Assembly (NCBI GenBank): GCA_051362555.1
Contig: CM120645.1
Coordinates: forward strand, 14,322,001-14,386,000
Direction: 5' to 3'
Length of the DNA stretch: 64,000 nucleotides
Source of the DNA: Lingula anatina
Taxonomy: Eukaryota > Animalia > Brachiopoda
Positions within the stretch are counted from its first letter, which is position 1. The number at the start of each line of letters is the position of its first letter. The position numbers were made by a program, and so were the translations under genes. The notes under the pieces were generated by a model. The model was not told the DNA's origin and did no database searches. It was given only the letters and a program-made list of their open reading frames with translations. This document shows, in pieces, positions 1 through 15,100 of the stretch.

Positions 1-426
1 TCTTTTTTAATTATTGTAAATTTCATAGATTATTTGTAAAGAAAATGACTGAAATGGATCTACTTGGCAGTGTACATTCTCATTGAAAAAACTTTGGGTT
101 TATGATATCAGTAACTACAGCATAAAATCTTCAGAAAGTTTAATATTTAACATTACACAGAGTATGTATTGATATTTGCAATTTGACAACTAGAATAACT
201 AATAGGTATCTCAAATTAGAAGCTAGGTATACTTTTTCATCCAAAAAAAATTTAAAAATCAAATGTTTTATTGCATGAAAATGGGAAAACTATTACAGAA
301 TTCAGAAATGAAATGATTTTGCTCTCAGGCAATTTTTCTGTCTTTGTTCTTGTTCCCTAAAATGAGAAAAGGTATGTCATGTGATGTGAAGTTAACCTAT
401 GTTCTTTCTGAACATTCTTATTTTAG

Positions 427-3400
427 TACCCAAAAAACCTAATTTCCTGAAAAATTTGATGTCTGGAAAAGGCAAGGACGACGCAAAGAATAAAGAACCT
501 GATAAGAAAGTGCAACATAATGAGAAAGACAAAAGTCCTGGAACTGGGACCACTTATGCAGTGCCAGCTTTTCCGTACTTGCCTCGAACTAGGACTATAA
601 ATAGAGGGCGCTCAGTGAAGCGCAGAGGGCGAAAACATAGCGGTTCTAGCGAGGCTAGCCACACAGCGGTATCTAATGAAAAAGAAAGTCCAGAATCCCC
701 TAGTGACTCAAGTGCATATGTTAGTCAAAACGGCCACAGCTCGGACCGTGTTTCTACGTACAGTGACCACCCTTATGACAATGTCGTAATTGAAAATGGA
801 CACAGTGATCATGCTACCGATGACAAAGTGTCTCCAGTTCAGCCTGGATGTTATAATAAATCTAATTATTCAGAGGAATCTAAAAATGTGGAAGGGAATA
901 ATAGAAATACATCTGAAGATTCCGAGGAAGTTGAGGAACATTTGAAAAAAGTGGAGTCATCGGGAGAGCTGTCTACTGGCCGGTCATTATACGATGAGTT
1001 TGACGACTGGTGGGATGATAGTAGTTTTAGTGATGATGATGAGGATGAGGGAATAAATGAGGAACTCATCGTCCCCGATGTTGAAGAGGAAGTTGTAAGT
1101 GTTCTCTGTTCCTGACATAAAAATCTGAAAATAGCATTCTTTAAATGAAACAAAATGATAAACTGTTTAAAATTTTAAGCTTAACATGAAAAAAGTACTA
1201 TGGAGTGAAATACTGAGGATTCTTTAAAAATCAAGCAAGTAACAACATGCAACACTTTATTTAGTGGAATTTTTTAAAAAAATTTTCTTCAAACAAAAGT
1301 AGATGTGTAAAAGACCAGTTTGCCTTTTAAAAAGAGGAAGTCCCATAAACAAACATTATATATTGTGTTCCAGGAAGCCACAGTAGACACTCCAGAGAAG
1401 AAGTTGTATAAGATAGCTATGGAATTACTGACCACGGAGAGAGCCTATGTGCAGAGATTAAGGCTGGTGCATCAGGTACATGAAACTGTTAGATGTGTGT
1501 GTGTGTGTGTGTGTTATGCCACATGTGTTTATACATGTATACCTGTGTGCTTATCAAAATCAAAAGCTTTTCATTTCTCATACAGTCAAACGAAATAAAG
1601 TTAAACCAAAAGATTTCATTATGCAAAGCATACACCTTAAAATGAAAAAATGAAAGAATTAGTCAACAAATATATTTTAAGAATTGAATCAGTTATCAGT
1701 TAAATGTTTAATGTGTTTACAGCCTCAATCAAATCTTGTTTTTGTTATATAAAAGAAGATATAAATGACTTCCATTATGTCTGCTTTTTGCATTTTGTGT
1801 TATCAACAGATTGTGATGAAATTATCAGGATGTGTCAGAAATGGGATTACTATTATTGGTTAGATTTTGATGGTGATCCATTATTTTAATTAATTAGAAA
1901 TGAAAATTGAGCTAGCTAGCTTGAGTAAGATTTAAGATATTTCTTTTCCAGGTCTTCCATTTCCGAGTGCTCACAGAGAATCACAAGCATCAGATGTTTC
2001 CAGATGAAGTTCTGGGTAAAATGTTCTCCAATATTCAAAGTTTATACCAGTTCCATGCTGACTTCATGCTTCCACAGTTAGAGGAAAGAATGTCAAAATG
2101 GTAAGTGCTCAGTCACAGTCAGTTTCAGAGATTTTTATTTTCAGAAAGTGTTGAAAAAAAGAAAACCATAGAAACAGTTTTATTTATGAAACAATTTGAT
2201 GTAATTTAAAATATAGTATTTATTATGGCATTGTATTCTTATTCAAGACTCATGGAATGCAAATTTAAACATATTTATTACAATTATTAAGCATATTAGT
2301 TTTCTAAATAGATAATTATGTTTTCAGTATACCTTTTGTGTAAAAGACTGGCATACATGTAACAACGTACCAGGGGCATTTTACTTGAATTAATAAAATT
2401 TTGCTTCCCCCCTCCCCCCCTTTATCAGGGATAGCAATTGAAATTAATTCTTCTTCCTTCCTTCAATGCTCTGTTGCTGCATTCAATGAAGCCATTCTTT
2501 TTCAGGGGTGAAATCCAAAAGCTTGGTGACTTACTGAAGGGCTTGGCACCATTTCTCAAACTTTATTCAGATTATGTGAAGAACTTTGACAATGCTATGC
2601 AGACCATCAATTTCTGGAAGGAGAGAAGTCCCAAGTTTGCAGAAATTATTGATGAGATTCAGGTCAGCTTTGGACCCTGAGCAATGTGATATTTTTCATT
2701 AATTTAATATTTATTTTGTTGATTTTCATAGAAATATCATCTTTTTAGTTTTCAAGAAATTTGCAGTATTACTTAACATGTTTTAATGAAGTGTTTGAAA
2801 GTAGAGTATGTTTCCAATTTTATTTTCTATCTCCTTTAAATCATACAATAAAAGATTTTTTTATAATATTTAAGAATATTTGATGAATTAAACAATTTTT
2901 TATAGAAAACTCCAGAGTGCGGTCTCCTAACATTACAACACCACATGCTGGAGCCCATACAAAGAGTACCAAGATATGAACTTTTACTCAAAGGTATGTA
3001 TCCACTAGTTCATTATTAATTCAGAAAGTCAAATACAGTTTTGTTATGTTTTTCCTTTGACTTTCAATCTATCTCATTACTTTAATCAAGTGCTGGGATA
3101 GGGTTTTTCAGAAGATGTTCTTGTCTAGCATAAAAATTGATTTGTCACTGTTGTGTATTGATGTTTCTAGTATTAGTAACACATTTACACTATTGTACTC
3201 ACAAGCAAGAAGTATGTCTCATTCATGAATTGTGCTCATTCCAGACTACATCAAGAAGTTGCCAGAAGGTTCTGTAGACAGGGAGGATTCTGAAAGTAAG
3301 TTCAGTATACCCATCAGTTTTTACTTTTAATAGAAAGTTGAAAAGTATATGTAATGCAGTGTTTCATATCTTTATACCGTGAGTTTAATTCCTGGGAATT

Positions 3401-4727
3401 GTACCATTTATCATATGTAAAGGCTGAATTTTAGGTCTCTAGACTAGTGCATATTTAAAAAAATGTATTTTGTTAATTTAAAGGGATAAGTGAAAATGAT
3501 TCATTTGTATTGGGTTTTACTTTTTCAGAGGCTTTGAATTTAGTGGCCACTGCAGCATCACATTCCAATGAAGCCATGAAAAAAATTGTAAGTTTTCTAT
3601 GATTTAAGTAAAGAACATTATAAGAAGTTCACTTACTGTGTACATAACCAATATATGTACTGAATGTGGAAAGAAATCAGTTTGAGTCAGTTTAATATTA
3701 GAGCCCATTGGCAAAGGAATACTGTTAAATATTCTGTTGACATATTCTTTCATCCGTTTATATATTCTCACTTCCCTTTGAACACAGGGTGTATTCACCA
3801 GTGCACATAGAGTGTTATTTTATTTGAATTTAAATGACACTATATTGGATAAAAATAATGAAATTTTATCCCAATTGTTTTTAGGTAAAAGGTAAATTTT
3901 TCATAATTACAAAAAGGGTAGTGCACTCAATAACATGAAGAGAAGGCAACTCTAGTTATTAAACTTTTCTTCCAGGATCAGTTTAAAAAACTACAGGAGA
4001 TTGAACAGAGTCTGGGGAATACAGTGTCTTTGATAAACCCAACCAGAGAGCTGATCAAGGAAGGTCCAGTTGGTAAAATTTCTGCCAGGAATGGTCAAGA
4101 AATGAGCAGATATCTCTTTTTGGTGAGTGGTCAGTCACCTCAGGCATGCTAAATTGCCTGTAATTTTTTATTTATTCAATTATTTTTACACCCCAATACA
4201 TATTAACTGTTTAAGCAAATTACATTATTTTTGGGCTTATTTGTAATTCTGCTTATTGTTTATTGTTTATTTAATGTACAGTGGAAAGTATGGGTAGGGA
4301 TTATTAATCAGACCTCAATTTGTATATGTTAATCATAAATTTATATGAAAATATATAAAAGAATGAATATATATTAGATATAAGATAAAATAGAGCAATA
4401 ATTAAGGAGACATTAAAGCAGAGATCAAGTAGATCTAATTTTTATGCCATAGAGCAATTATTTAGTACAGATCTCCCATCATTTTGTATATGTCAATGCC
4501 CTTTCAGTTTAATGACCTTCTGTTGGTGTGCTATGAGCAGCTGCTGGCTGTACCGGGGCTGGGACCTAACTACAGACTGAAGGCCAAGTTAGACATTGAT
4601 GGCATGCAGGTTGGTCTCTCTCTCTCTTTTTTCCACTCATTGCCTCTCTCTCTCTTTCTCACTCCATTAATGGCATGCAGGCTCCCTTCTCTCTCTCCCT
4701 CTCTTTCTCTCTCTCCATTAATGACAT

Positions 4728-4776
<49 letters not shown>

Positions 4777-7700
4777 ACAATTTTCATTAAAAAATTTGGA
4801 CGCAAGATTTACTTTGTGTTCACTTTTTGTTTTCATTTACCACTATAAGTCGGTCATGCATACAAAAATTGTTATATGCAAGTATGTTGCAGGCATGTTA
4901 ACTATTTCAAATTTAAGATTTTTTTCTTTAATTACTTTCAGTTGTTAATATGTCCTTACTTGAATATAATTCAGAAATGTTTCTTTTAAAGATATTTGAA
5001 GGAGACAACTTGGCCAAGTCCAATACATTTTACATCAAGAGTAAACAAAAAACATTGGAACTCTTTCTTGGGTAAGTTTTTTTTTCTGAGATTTGTTCAT
5101 TGGAAATTTCCTTGTGGAGTAAGATTACTTGATTCATTTGATTTCTATGTTGCTATACTTACCAAACTTTTGTTCTCATTCCTAGTTTTACTGCTTTTTC
5201 CTTCAATCCAATAATGATTATAATTGTAATAATATTAATAATTGGGCAACTTTAAGCACCTTTGCATGTATGTGGCACGTGTGCTGTATGGAGTAATTAC
5301 AAAATTAAAATAAAAGAAATGTCTTTCCTCGAAGTATTTGAAGAAACAGAAACATTAATACTTAAAAATTGATTTCAGTTCCATTAAAATTTTGACAACA
5401 AGTGTTTGGTGCTGCTTTTGGCACTTATGTAATAATGTATAATAGAAATGAAAAGCATGTTTCTTTCGTTTATGAAAATAGCTTAAATAAAAGTGACTGC
5501 AGTGCTTTTTACAATTAGAATATGGAGAGAAGTTTTGTTGATTTTGGCTGTGACTAATACACTTGCTGTGATGTTTTTTTTTCTTGGCTTTAATGAAGCT
5601 CATATGAGGAAAAGGTTGATTGGCAAGCAGTAAGTACAGATGTTTCAGCACTATAACAATACTCACTTTTAATAGTATTTATGAAAACCACTCAAGCCAT
5701 GCAGGGCATAAATTCAGTTTATGACCTCATGTTGCAAATTGAAGATTAGGCATAAAAATCGTGGAAAATAGTGCCTCTGATATGCCCTACAAGAGAAGGT
5801 GCATATAGTATTACTAAGTGATTTGTGATTAGTCTTAGGTGACCTTTGGAAAGATTTTCGTAATATGTTTAAATAAAGAAGTTAAGCCTTTTAAATCTCT
5901 ACGAGATTATGATATATATGCATACTTTATCTCAGACAATGGCCAGGACTGTGAATGATTACACCAAGAAAAAGAAGTCTCTTAAACCAACTGTCAGCCA
6001 AGAGAATTTGGTAAGCATGCATTTTACTATTTTTGTTAATCATAATTATATCTGAATTATAATTTTTTTCGTTTTATGTTGGCTGTCTCACCAATGCCTT
6101 GTGTTGAGCATGCTAGAAAATTTACTCTTCAATTCTGATATAATATAAAATTGAAATAAATAAACATTTTCCAGATATTTAACACACCAAAGCTCAATTA
6201 CAGATTTAAGTCAAAATTTATATGTATAATTATATTTTAGCTTGACACTGTAAATGACCAAGAGCTTGGGATGAGAGCACCTCGTTGGGTGAAAGACGAC
6301 GAGACAACGATGTGTATGCGATGTGGTGCGCAGTTCACAACGATCAGAAGAAGACATCACTGCCGAGCTTGTGGTTATGTAAGGGTTGTGTTAATTGTTA
6401 ATGGAGAGTCAGTAGAGAAAGTAACCGTCCTAGCTGACAGTTTTCCATCTAAGCTGATAGTCTTTGAAATTTTTTTATGAAAATATTTTATCCTGAATAT
6501 ATACTTTTGATCAAAGTTTCATAGTCATAATCCACACCCCCTGAAAACTACCTATTATACCTATAATAATATTATGATAAAACTGGCTAAATATTACTAC
6601 AAGTAGTACAAGATAATGGTTATTTTTGACGAAGAGGTTGCCATTTGGAGTAAAGCTTATGTATATCAATATTAATTATCATGCATGTTTATTGAGTTTA
6701 CTTAGCTATGAACCCTTTCAAAATATTGATTTAATCTTATGTCATAAAATTTTTCATTAGATCACTTAGCTCAGTTGAAGGCTGGATTTAATTTTTAATT
6801 AGTATTTTCTGATTTGAAAGTGACCTTTTTTAGTTTTCCAATTGTGATATTTTGTTTCATTTGAGCTGTGCAGTGTACACTCATTTAAATGATGTGATCT
6901 TTCCCTCAAACCCCAGGTTGTTTGTGGCAAATGCTCCAGTTATAAAGCCAAGCTGCAGTTTGATGAGAAGTTTCACCGTGTTTGTGGCGACTGCTTCAAG
7001 AAGATTCTGCCATCAGGGCCAGCTGTTGGATCAGAAGATGGTGCCCTCAAGAGACCTGCACATTTGGAGGTTAGTTGTCACATCTAACACATTTGTATGA
7101 CTGATTGCTGTCACACCTAACACATTTTCATATGGCTGATTGCTGTCACACTTATTACATTTGTAGGTCTCATTTATTTGTATATGACTGATTAATGTCA
7201 CACCTAACACATTTGTATATGTCAGACAGTCATTCGATAATCATTATGAATTGTGACACAAAAACCTAATGCATCTATTTTTTAGGGAAATACAACACAT
7301 TCTGTCAATTTGGACCTTATTAATCCTGACCTAATGTACATCTAATGAAAAAATATTTTATTCTTTCATGTACTCCCCTTTTAACACATTTTCTGTGATA
7401 TTACAATGAACATTCACAACAAAAAGAAAGGTGCTCCTCTCTATAAAGATAACACAAAAAGTATGAATTTGCTGGGGTTTATTTTATCCTAATAGACTTT
7501 TCTCATTTGATTTCAAGGTGAGGGCCAGTGAAAACCTAGTTATTGGAGGATACCTACAACTCAGCAGTGACCTTGGCAAGACCTGGGAGAGAAAGTATTT
7601 TGCTGTTCACCAAGATTATGTTATGTATTGCTATAAAGCTCATCAGGTATGACAAATATACATAGCTGGTTTTATTCAGTCATTCATTCTAAAATTTTCC

Positions 7701-7869
7701 CCACAATACAGTTATTTTTGTTCAACAATAAAGTAATTGTTATCTTGTTGCCCTTTGTAATAATTTAATAATTCAAAGTCATTTCAGTCATGGGAGTAAG
7801 GTTCTCATTTAATTATGCTGAATATCATAAGTGCTAAATTTGTTAAGTGTTCTTTGTGTGTCAAGTGTC

Positions 7870-7900
<31 letters not shown>

Positions 7901-8427
7901 CAAATCTTCATAATTGAAAGTGCAGGTCTCAATAGTTAAATAAGTTAAACATTAATTATTAATTTATCATTCCCCAGGACCTGTTTGCCATGACCTCAAT
8001 GCCTCTCCCTGGCTATGTAGTCGGTCCTGCCACAGAGACCGACCCCGTGACAGGAGAAAAGAATAATGTGTTCAAGCTTCAGCATCATCACAAACAGTAC
8101 TTCTTTAGGGCAGCTGATGCAGGAGAATGTAAAAAGTGAGTCTGCTGATTTGACTCAAAAACTAAAATCCACAACTTCTTATCTTTAACATTGTTTATAT
8201 GTTTTAAAAACACTGCTAGTATAAATGAGATTGATCTTTATGCAAGATTAAAAAGAAAGTGGCTTTGAAATCCCAAACATTTTTCTATGATTTAAACAAC
8301 TGATTGCCTTATTGTTCAAACATTTCACTTTACCATTTTTTTCAGGTGGCTGAAAGTTTTAGAAAAAGTTGTCCAAGCAGAGCTTCCAAGTATTGTCATA
8401 CCATCCCCTGAACAAGCAGAAACCTAG
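427..8427 (+). CDS. FGD4: FYVE, RhoGEF and PH domain-containing protein (FGD1-4/frabin family Cdc42 GEF); 5' end probably outside the window
   Basis: 17 GT-AG exons with consistent phase: 427-1094, 1374-1475, 1952-2100, 2506-2662, 2906-2993, 3245-3295, 3529-3587, 3976-4122, 4508-4609, 4992-5071, 5599-5629, 5936-6010, 6241-6378, 6917-7069, 7518-7646, 7978-8135, 8346-8427 (TAG). DH motifs [53 protein letters not shown]1 [31 protein letters not shown]...[12 protein letters not shown]...RVC. Second PH follows. The symbol means FGD4-like (pro-ortholog of FGD1-4). Confidence 0.95.
7075..7222. repeat. Short degenerate intronic tandem repeat (~35-40 bp, TGTCACACCTAACACATTTG core)
   Basis: About four imperfect copies of tgtcacacctaacacatttgtat..gactgattgc. 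Confidence 0.7.
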
Positions 8428-8547
8428 CTGGGATCATTTCAAGGGCACACAGATGTATTTTGTCTTCATCCAAATGAGATGACAGTAAAAAACCACGTTG
8501 TGATTGAGATTATGATTGTAAAACTTCCACCAGACAAAACATGATTT

Positions 8548-8785
8548 TTGTCTTCCTTGGAACAAGTACTTAATATTTATGTATAGATATATAAAAACTT
8601 ACTGTGTATGTGTGTTGTTGATTGTGGTTCTTGTCTTCCTTGAAACAGGTACTTAATATTTATATATGGATATATAAAAACTTACTGTGTGTGTTGTTGA
8701 TTGTGGTTCTTGTCTTCTTTGGAACAAGTACTTAATATTAATATTTATATATATAGATATGTAAATACTTACTGTGTGTGTGTGT
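8548..8785. repeat. ~80-bp tandem repeat x3 in the FGD 3'UTR
   Basis: Three copies of ttgtcttccttggaacaagtacttaatatttat...cttactgtgtgtg. Confidence 0.85.
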
Positions 8786-10464
8786 TAATGGGGGTCACAA
8801 TTATCCATTTTAATGGAACAACAAAAGCTCAGATGTGAAAACAAGATTCTACTTTTGTTATTGACAAGGTGTTTTTTAAAATGATAATATGTAATTTGTC
8901 TCAAATTTGACATGAGATTTTTTTTTTTGATAAGTCTGAATCACTGCATCCAAATACTTATTTTTTCCCCTTTTTAACAACAGAATATCTACAATATATT
9001 TTTGATGGTACAAAATGTGATTCTATAATTGAATCATATTTTTGAATTGACTGCTCTATACCTCTTTATTACAAGGACATGATAATGTGGATGTGGAATT
9101 ATCCACTAGATGACGCAGTTCTATTGTTTTACCTTGATCACAAACTCATGTACTTTTTTCATTGGAAATCCTTGTCTTCCATTTTTTAAGCTAATTTTTT
9201 CTAGTGCCCATTTGGCATTATATAGCAATAGTACAAAATACAGGTCTTATACAAGGTGTCACATTTTTTTGAATGTTGCACATTTTAAGCTATTAATTCC
9301 CATTCATCATCTGTTATTCTATCACTAGTATCTTGATATGATGGGCAATAGATCTAAGTCATTTGAGACTTCAACAATTATGCAACCATGCTCATATTAT
9401 CTACTTTAAAAACAGTAACAGTTCCATGTGTTACTTTCCTTACCATTCAGCTGAAACAGAGTTCTGCTGATCTCATATCAATTACTAATCAAACACTAAA
9501 TATCACCAATCTCTGTTCATATGTTGTTATGGGGACCACAATAACTCCATATGGTGACTGACTCAGGAACAATAAATGGTTCAGAAAGATCTTTCAGTTG
9601 TATGATAAATCCTAAGCTTTATACAGGTTTGGCAGTTAAGGTTGTGAGACCAGGGAATTATTTCACAATAGAATGAGGGCCAAACTTTGGTCAAAACTTT
9701 AAGCTAGAAGTTTTAGCATACTCTGACCCAAGTCAATCAGGCCCCAGTTTCACAAATAAAAAACTTAAGTCAGGATCCCTGGCTTAGAACTTAATTACCA
9801 AGGTTACTTGGTCACATGGGCACATCTTACCCTATCAGGAGCAGTATAACAGCACTCTCATGGAAATCCTAGTCAGCTAAGCTAGGGAACTGACTTTTTT
9901 TTGTTTTTGTTTTTTTGTTGTTTTTTTTGGTTTTTGTTTTTTTCTTTCTTTTGACCAGATCTGGATAAATGAAATATTGGCCCTATTATTTGTTTTCCAT
10001 TCTGTATTTATTAACCATGCCATATTTTATCTTAAAGTACATCACAACCTTCACAATGGATTCTGTTTATTCTGCAAGATTAGAAAAACAGTGACTGCTA
10101 CATATCATATATGTTCACCTGTTATTAGACAGGAATGATCTTTTAGACTTTGAAGAACATAAGGAATTTTGAATTATCATTGCTTTACATGGTAAAGCAT
10201 TCTTGTTAATACATATGACATTTGCTATGAATGTATGTAATCATTTAGATGACAGTAATGTGAAAGAGATGCTAACAGTAACTAAATTATTCTATAACAA
10301 CATTGGGCATTGAACACTTTTTTGTGATATTTTATAAAATGATTTTGGAAAAGTTAATGGTACTGTAATTAATTTATTAAAGGGATCTTTTAGTATGTTA
10401 TTGTCTTCCATATTATATCACATTTGCTTTAATTAAATTTAATAATGCATTATTGAATAAAAGC

Positions 10465-10568
10465 ATGGTATCGAAGGAATATACCGAACGGAAAAACTTG
10501 ACAACGATAGATTTGGCGACATCTCCGTGCCACTCTTCGGCGATGTGGCCACTGTTTCCAGCAGCCGG
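10465..10568 (-). repeat. 104-bp copy of part of the neighbouring pseudokinase exon (13111-13214)
   Basis: atggtatcgaaggaata(t/c)accgaacgg...ccagcagccgg is identical except for one base and lies in the same genomic orientation. Confidence 0.95.
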
Positions 10569-12161
10569 CAGAAAATTGATCTCCTGTTAGGTTAAGCAGT
10601 CACAAAAAAATATGATCTTCCAAAACATTATTACTATTATTATTATTATTGTTATTGAAAATAGGAAGGTAGTCCGAATTATTTGACAAAATCATGCAAA
10701 GAAAAACTTACTCAAAAAACATGCTTCCTCTTTATGTAATACATATGTGTGGGGTTTAAGTGTTATAAATAGGTGGTTTGTGCAAAAAATGTTTTTTGTA
10801 ATATCTATACATTGTCTAGAAAAAAAGCTATTTTAAGTATTTACTCATTGCTTTCATTAGTCCCCAAAGTAAGCATGTTATTGTATTCGGATATGTTGCC
10901 TGATCTCTCACTTGATAAAGGTTTCCTTAGAATTTCGTGTACAAAAAGTAGTGTTTTTTGTCTGTCTTTATCAGCCTTGGAATTTTGTATATACTCTTTA
11001 TGTGCAATATTTATGATCTGTGACCTGGGGTCTGTATTTCAAGTTAATTTAACTTTGAGTTGTATTCCAAAACTCTGTTTCTCAATATTGAAAAATGTGG
11101 TCTTCTTGTGATTCTTAGTCATTGTGTGTTTTAAAATGATCCTTTAATTTTCAGCATATACATAGCTATCCTTCCTTTGAAACCTGACAAAAAGAACAAA
11201 GTAAAAGAACCACTTTCTCCTTTTTAATTAAACATGCATGTAAATAGTATAGATTCTGAAATCTTCTAAGAAAAAATGTAGTTTTCCTAGGCAAAATTGT
11301 TATATGTAAATTACTAATGTTGTTTAAAAAACAATAAATGAAAGAATGATGTCAAGGGCATACATGTATTTGCTTTGTTTATTACTGCTTTAGCTACAAG
11401 ATGTTAGCTAAAAATCAATGCTGGCGTTTACTTGGTTGAAGTAAGTTGTTAAGGCTCAAAAACGCTACTTGCGCTGTGGATTAATTCACCAATTCCGTGG
11501 TTAGTTAATTTTACGATTTCCTGCATATTTCTTTTATCCCTTTATTCTCAAAATGATTCAGATTCTGAACAAGAAATGAAGTTCTTAGATAACATGGTTC
11601 GAGAGATTCTTTTATTTCATCTGTTCACAGACATACATGTATCACAGAAGTGCCAGTAACATCTTCTATGAACGTTTGTATTTTCACAGCGGTGTGGGTA
11701 TAATGTGAATTAAAGAGGGTTGTGAAGATTAAGGCGCCTTTGACTTTTATACTTATAGAAAAAGACTAAAATAAAACGTCAATTTCACAGTGCATTCCAA
11801 GAACCAATATATACAAGGTAGTTATTTACAAGAATAATTATTTACAATAATTGCACATCTATCGGTCAACGCCATGTTTCAAGATAAAAAATGCAACATG
11901 TTTTTAATAAATGGGAGTAAAGCAACTGTTTATCAAAAGGGACACTGGTAATTTATAAGCACCGTCAAATAAAGATGATGGTAATTAGGTGTCCCGCTTT
12001 AATGTAGGCAAAAAGCATGTAAACACTGTATAGATATTGTGAGTTGATCTTAGTTTTAAAATACATCAGTAAACATATTCCAGAGTTTATGCATCTCAAA
12101 ATATCTAAAACAAACAATAATAAAAATGGTGCAATGTTCTGTTCAGGTCTCAGTATTGTTT

Positions 12162-15100
12162 CTACTTTATGTTCCCAATTGCAATAGCGCCGCGGGATTG
12201 GAGACCGTCCAGAAACCCCTCCTGTCGCCGGGTAAGTCTCGAGGAGTACCTGTGGACATCAGGTGTAGTACTTACGGAAACCTTTGAACGACGAGCATCA
12301 ATATCAGCAGTAAATGGGAAACCGAGATTTTTCTCCATAATGGCGGTTTTGTTTCTGAGCACCTGTGCCAAGAGAGGCATTTTTGGACGCCCGTGGGGGT
12401 CTTCTCTAAGGCAGGTATTGACTAGAGCTTCAATGCCGAGGACTACTTTCAGGGGGCTTATCGTGCACCCGAAGCTGTAGACGTCGCTAGCCTGGGTGGA
12501 ATCGACTCCTTGGCGTACCTCTGGAGCAAAGCCCCCTAAAAGTCCCTTGTAGGCGGCTTGGGATAGTGGGTCTCGCTGGCGGTGAATGGTGTACGGATTG
12601 ACGCTGTCTATCTTTCTGGTGCGACTAAAGTTGCAGATATAAGGCTCCATCATTTCCTGATCGTCACTAATGGACTGCAAACAAATGTGACGTCCATTCA
12701 GGTAGTTGTGTACAAAACCCATCTGGTGCATTTTGGCCAGCTTTTCTGCAATGCGTGTGATGAGACGCATGAAGTGATATTTCTCCGTTTTGTTGAGTGG
12801 CTTGTACTGGAATTTGTACATGTATTTGTATGGCTCCCTATTGATTCGATCCATGTAATTTCTGAGGTAGTCTGAGAAACAGACAGTATCAGCGAACCTT
12901 ATATCTTCACCTCCAACTTTGATGAATTCAGTGACCATGCCGACCGTATGGTACTGCTTATATGGATCTTCCCAGCGTCGCTGAATACAACATGTTGTAC
13001 GTTTAAATTTAGCCGGAAAGTCTTTCAGATCATGGACGTCAAACAGTCCTTCAAATTTTGGGGCAACACCAGCGTCTCCAAGAACTTGGGCAAATCGCAG
13101 CCAATTAGCGATGGTATCGAAGGAATACACCGAACGGAAAAACTTGACAACGATAGATTTGGCGACATCTCCGTGCCACTCTTCGGCGATGTGGCCACTG
13201 TTTCCAGCAGCCGGGAGACCAAGACTTGTGATGCCTCTAAGATTTCTACGGAACACTATCCAAGGGGCGTAAAATATACGGGGGAACTTGGGAAGTTTCA
13301 CCTTGAAGCTGCAAGGTTTTTGAATGCCGCTGTCGACATGTCTTATCTGATCTTCCAGTTCCTGAGACACACAAGGCCACACTAAAATAAATAAAAATAA
13401 TATTCAAACAACCGCCAAAACCATCCATTTATTTCGGAACGAAGGACAGGCCTTGGATTTACATTTTTCTTCTAGATGGCACCAGGAATAGCCCAAATAT
13501 ACAGGTAGTTTGGATTACCTTGTGGTTCATCTTGATCATCATCGCTTCCGCTTTCCTCAATGTCCAGAACAAGGAAATCCTCATGTGAGGCATTGCTTTC
13601 GTCTTCTTGTCCCTCAAAAACCTCAACTATTGTAGCATCTGCAGAAATAATTGAAAATTTATTTTAGCAGGAATATAATCTGAGAGCGCCATAGAAAATA
13701 AAAAAAACATGCGGTTACACGAGAACATACAAATTATGTACATTATACTATACCAGCATGTCAGAACATACCTTCAAAGTCCGTTTGGTCATCTTTCAGG
13801 GCCCCTTTCTTTATCTTTTTGGTGCGCTTGAACATCTTTTTCCATGATTTTGATTTCTTTTTCTTTTTTGTTGTAGAACTTGTGCCATCGGCTGCATTAA
13901 TTTAAGAGAATGAAATAAATACTTCACAAACTCATCGACATGAAAGTGGTAATGAATCCTAAATGGCAGTTTAATTTGCGTAAACAATAAATCCCAACAA
14001 TTTTCAAAACTGTGCAACTAAAATTTTATGTTTAAGTGAACATATAAATATATCGAGATAAAAAATCAAGACAAGGTTATTTAACACCCCCCACCCCACC
14101 CCACCCCCACCACCAACAACAACAACCAACACCACCCCGCCTTACCTCCATCGTCTAGTTTTGAGGATTCCTTCTTTTCAGTCATGGATTTCTTGGATTT
14201 CCAGGAATATTTCTTAGATGACCTCTTGGATGCCTTCTTCGATGTCTTCTTCACTTTCTTAGAGATCTTGGTCTGTTTCTGATTTGTATCTGGTGAGCCT
14301 TTGGACTCTCCATCTGATGCGACTAAAGCAAAAGAAAAGCATGGTATTAAAATAATAAGCATTAAGCGCAGGCACAGGACAATACTAAGAACATTAATAT
14401 ATTAAATGTATGACATATTTGAGAAAAAAACCAAAAGATGCATTTTTTTACAGCTTATTCATATAAGTTGCAATAAATAAGATAAGAGATTACCTTCTTC
14501 ATCCAGTTCTTCCTTTCTTTTCTCGGATTTCTTAGACTTGCTCCTTTTGGCGTCATTCCTTTTTCGGAACATTTTCCTCCAAGTTTTGCCTTTCTTTTTC
14601 CTTTTCCTTGGTTCTGTATCTTCAAGAAATTTAAGATAGAATTACAAATTGGCGTCCCTGTTATCTTTCTGAGTATTTAATCACATATTTCTTTGCGTGT
14701 TATTACCTTTGGCCAGTACTTAAATACTAAATACACTATGAGAGCGTGCAGATATAGCTAGCATAGATTAAAATGTTTAGTCGGTACGCACAGCCATTAT
14801 TTCTATGTGGTCTTTGTCTTAAATAATATGTCTATCAAGAATCAGCAAAGATACAATAGGGTAAAAAGATGTAAAATGTCAACAAGAAAGGTATTCAATA
14901 TTCAAGTCGGTCAAAACATTATCATAAAGTTTGCTTTTATCTACAAGTTTAATCCCCTAAGACATTCGTCCATCGATAAGACGTACTTACCGGCACTCTC
15001 CAGTTCATTTTTGGCGTCTTTCCCGTCTGTCGAGACATCGTCCTTTAGTGATTCTGGTTTCTTAGAGGAAGTTCTCCATCTCTTGAACTTTTTTGATTTC

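Noticed and set aside
12169-13385. Plus-strand ORFs overlapping the kinase exon
   Set aside because: Antisense shadows of a GC-richer coding exon, with no motifs or splice support.
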